Source of the DNA: a virus
Taxonomy: Duplodnaviria > Caudoviricetes
DNA: 37,177 bases
Virus record (IMG/VR): IMGVR_UViG_3300043423_000010
Location: 1 to 37,177 of that record
Direction: 5' to 3' (one strand)
The notes beneath the pieces are model-generated. The model saw only the letters and a list, made by a program, of their open reading frames with translations, did not search any database and had not been told where the DNA came from. Positions 33,924 to 37,177 of this stretch are shown here, piece by piece (positions within the stretch are counted from its first letter, which is position 1; the number at the start of each line of letters is the position of its first letter). The position numbers were made by a program, and so were the translations under genes.

Positions 33924-35015
33924 TAAGCCTTCAATTGGCATTGCATTGCGCTCAAGGATGTTCAACTCATTGGGGTCAAATACTACAAAGTTACGAGCGT
34001 TGTTTTGATCGCCACGTGACATCTGGTCAAAGTATTTGACTCCAGTGATTCCCTGCTCTTGCATGATCTTTTGACCTTCGGCAGTCTTTCCAATCTTGAA
34101 AGCCAAGTCACCACCAAGGTCAGTTAAGTCAACGCCATATTTTTCAGCAAGACCTTGAATGTTTGATGGCTGATCTTTGATTGGAGCATCCCAATCAATC
34201 ATCTTTGCAATGCTTTCATCAGGCAGATTCACTTTATACAAAGCGCCTTTTGTTTGACCTTGATACAGCTTCTTTGCTGATTCAAATGCTTTGTTAGCCG
34301 AGTCAAGGTCTTTGCCTGAGAAGCCCATGTCTGCCATGCTTGCAGCAATTTCTTCTGGTGTCTTTTGTGTCAAGAAGTCTTCATAGACTTGCATTGATGC
34401 GTAATCACCAGACTTCTCAGCTTGGTTGTACTTCTTCATCAATGCGTCTTCAAAATTTGTGTCTCTTGGTGTAAAACGCTTTGCAACTTCTTGCTGTTGC
34501 GCAAGGTATGTTCCTTGACCATACATCTGAGCGCCTTCACCAGTACCAATCTTAGCTGCGTCAAACTTATTGAAGATGTGTGGTGAACCATGCCATACAT
34601 CCATCCGCATAGGCTGTGGCGTAATGCCAGACAGTAAGCCACGGTCATAGACCATTGCTTCATTGATGGCATTACCAGCCACACGACCAACACCGCGAGC
34701 CAAATCAACAGGACCACGTGGATTCATTGCAGCGCCAAGCTGCTCCATACCAGCAGTCTCCATGCGTTGATTAGACACACGTGGAATGTTTGACAGAATC
34801 TGCTCAGTTGTTGGTGCTGCTGGCGCTGACTGCAACAAGCCTTGCACATTTTGTGGCAAACGTGGAGTCACATACTGACGCGCCAATGCGTTGATGTCAC
34901 CAAGCAAACCAACTGGCGCAACAGCAAAACCACGACCAAGTGACTCTGCGTTGCTCAAAGAGCCGCGCAGTGCATCCATCAAAAGACTGTCTGAGTAAGG
35001 GTTTTGTGTTGCCAT
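33912..35015 (-). CDS. Putative ejected virion protein with ADP-ribosyltransferase-like (ART-PolyVal type) domain
   Basis: VWHGSPH.F.KFD..KIGTGEGAQ.YG.GTYLA...LYKV...GITGVKY...NFVVFD after a low-complexity N-terminus. Confidence 0.6.
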   Translation of the reverse strand: MATQNPYSDSLLMDALRGSLSNAESLGRGFAVAPVGLLGDINALARQYVTPRLPQNVQGLLQSAPAAPTTEQILSNIPRVSNQRMETAGMEQLGAAMNPRGPVDLARGVGRVAGNAINEAMVYDRGLLSGITPQPMRMDVWHGSPHIFNKFDAAKIGTGEGAQMYGQGTYLAQQQEVAKRFTPRDTNFEDALMKKYNQAEKSGDYASMQVYEDFLTQKTPEEIAASMADMGFSGKDLDSANKAFESAKKLYQGQTKGALYKVNLPDESIAKMIDWDAPIKDQPSNIQGLAEKYGVDLTDLGGDLAFKIGKTAEGQKIMQEQGITGVKYFDQMSRGDQNNARNFVVFDPNELNILERNAMPIEGLLGR

Positions 35016-35018
35016 GAT

Positions 35019-37106
35019 TTACTGTCCGTTTTGAGGCATTGCCAAGTTGCTACCAATCTGTCCACCTGTATAACCACCGTAACCAGCAGCCGCAGCGCGT
35101 GATGCGTTAAGACGCTTCATTGTCTCATTCAAGTCCAACAGCTTTTGCTGTTCACGTGAAAGCAAGATGCGACCAATCTCATTACGCACTGGCTCTGGTG
35201 TCTGTACCTTGCTCATCAAAGATGAACCAGCAGAGATCATTGCTGGCACATTGCCAGAACCAGCAGCAGTTACGCCTTGCATCAATGGAGCAACATCTAA
35301 ATCATTAGCACCAGCCAAACGTGCAGCAGTCTGAGAACCGCGACCAGCAGACTCCATGCCCTTCAATCGAGCTTCTTTGGCAACAGCAGATGCAAACTGA
35401 CGGTAGTCATTGCCAAACACTTCGCGCAAACGGTCTTGAGTTGCTGGCTCTTTCCACATCTTCAACAAAGATGTTTGACCAGCCTCAGTACCTGTCTTTT
35501 GACGCAAGGCTTGCAAAGCGCCAATCTTGTAAGCATCCATCTCTGATGGCGTGAAACCTTTTACCAACTGTTTCACGTCCATGATGTCGCCTGTCAAAGC
35601 CTTACGACCAGCTTCAGCAGCATCCATCATCTGAGAAGGACCAGCCCAAGTCTTCATGGCTTGCGTGTAAGCAGATTGACCACCAACCTTTGGTGATTTG
35701 TCTTCAAGCAACTTTACAAGGCTTGTACGCACGTCATCGTATGCGTTGGCTTGCTGACCACCACCAGAACGCTTCAACGTCTGAGCTGAGTCATACAAAG
35801 ATTGCTTCAAGGTGTCCAGCACGTTCATTGGAACTTGCTCGCCAACCTTCAGCTTAGACAAGTCAAGAGTCTGGCCTGTCTTAGTTTCAAACAGCAATTC
35901 AGCAGCACCTTGAGCGCGTTTGGAACGGTTCAAGACATCCATCAATTGGTTGTCAACAGTGATGACAGCATTGTCAATTACGTCATAGTAAGGACGTGAA
36001 GCTGCTTGACGTTGTGCCGCGAATGATTCAAGGCTTCCAAGAAAATCAGCGCCTTGAGTACCGAGTGCAGTATCAGCAGCACCCATCAAGCGACCAGCAC
36101 GACCTGATTGGCGTTCACGGATTGCGCGTTCCAATGTCTGCTTAGTCTCGCCAGACAGTGTTGCAACTGTGTCCAGCAATTGACGTGTGTTAGCACCACC
36201 AACGTCAGCAATACGAGCTTCAGCACCGAGCTTGCCCATACGAGCTTGAGACATACCCAAAGCACTAGACAGCAAGTCTGGTGGTGTGTCACGCAGCAAG
36301 GCTTCAGCAACCTTCTGTTCAGCGTACTTGCTGGCTGCTTTGTCAGATACACGACCAGCGATCTGACGACCACCAGCACCGAGTACAGCCATCACAGGTT
36401 GAGAGATTGCACCAACACCAGCACCAGTTGCGCCAGACTTCAACACATCTTTCGTGATGTCTCCAATTGATTCAGCCTCGGTTGAACCGAGTCCACCAAT
36501 AAGGCCATAGCCAAGTCCAGAAGCGCCAGCTTGAGCAGCGCGTTGACCTAAACCCATAACCTGACCAGCAGCAGGAGCGCCAGCCAGATACTGACCAGCT
36601 TTAGCAATCATTGGTGCAACGTATGGCTCTGCCATCTTGCCAGCAGCCTGAACGCCTTTGGTTACACCTTGCGTTGCAATCAATGGCAATGAGGCTGCTG
36701 TTTGACCAGCGGCAGACAGCCAAGGGCTTTCCTTGCCAAACGACTCACCAGCGCCGCGAACAATGTCACGACCTTGACGGTAAGCCTCAGTCAATGGGAT
36801 GCCTTGCTGAACTGCTTTAAATGGAGCAGACACAGCACCAGCAAACTCATCAAAGAAGCCAAATGATGGGCCTTGAAGTGCATTAATGAAGGCTCGTTCA
36901 CCTTCAGGCTTTGCAGCTCCTTGCTGATAAGCAGGAGACTTCTGTTCCGCTAAGAACTTCAAGATTTCGTTTGGCTGATATTGGTTCTTTAACGCTTCAT
37001 TGACTTGAGCGCCAACAGTAGGCATCTGAGCCAAGAACTGGACGATCTCATCGTCACCGTAGCCAGCTTTACGAGCCTCAGAGATTTTTGTTTGTAGACC
37101 GTCCAT
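35019..37106 (-). CDS. Large internal virion / DNA ejection protein
   Basis: 695 aa Ala/Gly-rich; ARKAGYGDDEI N-terminus; follows 67..1263 across the circular junction (5' end duplicated at 1-56). Confidence 0.65.
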   Translation of the reverse strand: MDGLQTKISEARKAGYGDDEIVQFLAQMPTVGAQVNEALKNQYQPNEILKFLAEQKSPAYQQGAAKPEGERAFINALQGPSFGFFDEFAGAVSAPFKAVQQGIPLTEAYRQGRDIVRGAGESFGKESPWLSAAGQTAASLPLIATQGVTKGVQAAGKMAEPYVAPMIAKAGQYLAGAPAAGQVMGLGQRAAQAGASGLGYGLIGGLGSTEAESIGDITKDVLKSGATGAGVGAISQPVMAVLGAGGRQIAGRVSDKAASKYAEQKVAEALLRDTPPDLLSSALGMSQARMGKLGAEARIADVGGANTRQLLDTVATLSGETKQTLERAIRERQSGRAGRLMGAADTALGTQGADFLGSLESFAAQRQAASRPYYDVIDNAVITVDNQLMDVLNRSKRAQGAAELLFETKTGQTLDLSKLKVGEQVPMNVLDTLKQSLYDSAQTLKRSGGGQQANAYDDVRTSLVKLLEDKSPKVGGQSAYTQAMKTWAGPSQMMDAAEAGRKALTGDIMDVKQLVKGFTPSEMDAYKIGALQALRQKTGTEAGQTSLLKMWKEPATQDRLREVFGNDYRQFASAVAKEARLKGMESAGRGSQTAARLAGANDLDVAPLMQGVTAAGSGNVPAMISAGSSLMSKVQTPEPVRNEIGRILLSREQQKLLDLNETMKRLNASRAAAAGYGGYTGGQIGSNLAMPQNGQ

Positions 37107-37177
37107 GATCTTGTCCTTATTGTGGGCCGAAGATTGAGCCTAATGGCTTGCGTTGTTGACCACCAACATTAGCACCA
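37051..37177. repeat. Terminal direct repeat, copy 2
   Basis: Identical to 1-127; unit genome length is about 37,050 bp. Confidence 0.95.

Overview
The window is an apparently complete ~37.05 kb tailed-phage genome. The first and last 127 bp are identical, consistent with a circular assembly. The architecture is podovirus-like (P22-type portal, nozzle and ejection proteins), and the spanin pair and lipoproteins imply a Gram-negative host; Betaproteobacteria is a guess only. One long minus-strand arm runs: Cro-like HTH, RuvC-like resolvase, DUF2800/Cas4-like nuclease, SSB-like protein, primase-helicase, iteron origin, terS, non-coding RNA region, terL, glycosyltransferase and methyltransferase, portal, scaffold, capsid, tail genes, an 8-ORF lysis block, nozzle, ejection proteins. 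A plus-strand arm (27844-33923) carries about 24 small early/accessory genes. I saw no integrase, CI-type repressor, DNA polymerase or CRISPR array. The most interesting signals are non-coding or sub-genic: (i) a ~90-nt three-hairpin sRNA at the divergence point whose exposed segments are perfectly complementary to the ribosome-binding sites of two phage genes, one on each arm; (ii) a tandem array of tRNA-like cloverleaves and conserved stems between terS and terL; (iii) conserved DNA boxes that flank variable cassettes in early genes and double as the RBS of the next gene. All family assignments come from motif recognition by eye, without database searches.
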